Assembly (NCBI GenBank): GCA_031285625.1
Contig: JAITVV010000029.1
Location: forward strand, 1-64,000
Direction: 5' to 3'
Length of the DNA: 64,000 nucleotides
Source of the DNA: Prevotella sp.
Lineage (GTDB): Bacteria > Bacteroidota > Bacteroidia > Bacteroidales > Dysgonomonadaceae
Position 1 is the first letter of the stretch, and each line of letters begins with the position of its first letter. Position numbers and translations under genes: made by a program. Positions 63,035-64,000 of this stretch are shown here, in pieces. The notes under the pieces are model-generated. The model ran no database searches. It had not been told where the DNA came from and worked only from the letters and a program-made list of their open reading frames with translations.

Positions 63035-64000
63035 GTGTTTAAGAAATTTATAACATATCTCTATCAAAGGCATAAGATACTTACTAGTATTTTATGCCTG
63101 ATTGCTATTTATGCTTCGGCACAGGCAATGATGTCGCCCCGTATAAATATAGATGTTCTTCAGGTACCGCAAAAGCCGCAGGCACCTCAGAATCTTCAGC
63201 AATCAGGAAAGCCAAAAGTCATAGTATTGGTTCACTCAAAGGATGTGATTAAACGTTTGAATTTTGATTATCAGATAATGAAGGACAGCGTTATTTTCTT
63301 TCATGATGGAGCCTACCTCTTCTGTGATAGTGCCTATTATGATGAGAAAAAAAACTCATTCGAAGCCTTCAGTAATGTACGCATGGAACAGGGTGATACC
63401 CTTTTCCTGTATGGAAATTATATGCATTATGATGGTAATACAAAACTCGTTATGTTCCGGGAGAATGTCCGTCTTGAACATGGTAGTGGAACGCTCTTTA
63501 CTGATAGTTTGAATTATGACCGTATGATGAATATCGGTTATTACTTTGATGGTGGAATGCTGGTAGACTCTCTGAATGAACTGACTTCTTACTGGGGACA
63601 ATATGAGCCGAACTTAAAGCTCGCTACATTTAAAGATAGTGTGATATTACTGAATCCTAAATTTACTCTTTATTCCGATCGCTTAAAATATAATACGGAT
63701 ACGAAGATCGCAGATATATATACTCCAACTAAAATTGTTTCTGACAGCGGCATAATATATACAAGTAAAGGATGGTATAATACCGTAACGGAAGAATCGC
63801 TGTTGCTCGATCAGTCTACAGTGGTCAATAAGGAAGGTAACCGGATTTTGCGGGGAGATTCCATTTCTTACCATAAGGCAAAAGGATATGGGGAAGTATA
63901 TGGAAATATGTTTTTGCAGGACACAACCAAACGGGTTATTCTGAGAGGGCACTATGGCTATTATAATGAGCTGACAGATTATGCTTTTGCTACCGATTCC
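63035..64000 (+). CDS. OstA/LptA-like protein, 5' part (runs off the window)
   Basis: Manual translation from GTG: MFKKFITYLYQRHKILTSILCL...FHDGAYLFCDSAYY...FEAFSNVRMEQGDTLFLYG; absent from the ORF track, presumably because it has no stop in the window. Confidence 0.85.
   Translation, partial: MFKKFITYLYQRHKILTSILCLIAIYASAQAMMSPRINIDVLQVPQKPQAPQNLQQSGKPKVIVLVHSKDVIKRLNFDYQIMKDSVIFFHDGAYLFCDSAYYDEKKNSFEAFSNVRMEQGDTLFLYGNYMHYDGNTKLVMFRENVRLEHGSGTLFTDSLNYDRMMNIGYYFDGGMLVDSLNELTSYWGQYEPNLKLATFKDSVILLNPKFTLYSDRLKYNTDTKIADIYTPTKIVSDSGIIYTSKGWYNTVTEESLLLDQSTVVNKEGNRILRGDSISYHKAKGYGEVYGNMFLQDTTKRVILRGHYGYYNELTDYAFATDS

Overview
AT-rich chromosomal window from a Bacteroidales bacterium; Dysgonomonas-like is my inference from gene content and TAnnTTTG promoters. 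It holds a DoxX + Gfo/Idh/MocA (3-keto-glycoside-type) operon, two divergent SusC/SusD pairs, a hut operon interrupted by two accessory genes, a beta-glucan PUL (Y_Y_Y/LuxR regulator, SusC, SusD, GH16, GH3, GH5), xerD, ispG, a P-type ATPase, guaB, a T9SS-type metallophosphoesterase and the PPIase/SurA/OstA cluster. I saw no rRNA, tRNA, CRISPR array or transposase. The most striking signal lies upstream of the minus-strand SusC (7227-10229). An 89-codon leader ORF carries a (GA)32(CA)8 dinucleotide tract, and its stop codon sits in the 3' arm of a strong intrinsic terminator. Both other reading frames stop right after the repeat. This looks like a slipped-strand, phase-variable attenuation switch for a SusC/D transporter. 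Several small intergenic repeat families and a 4-bp-duplication frameshift are also visible. All product calls come from motif recognition by eye, not from database searches.
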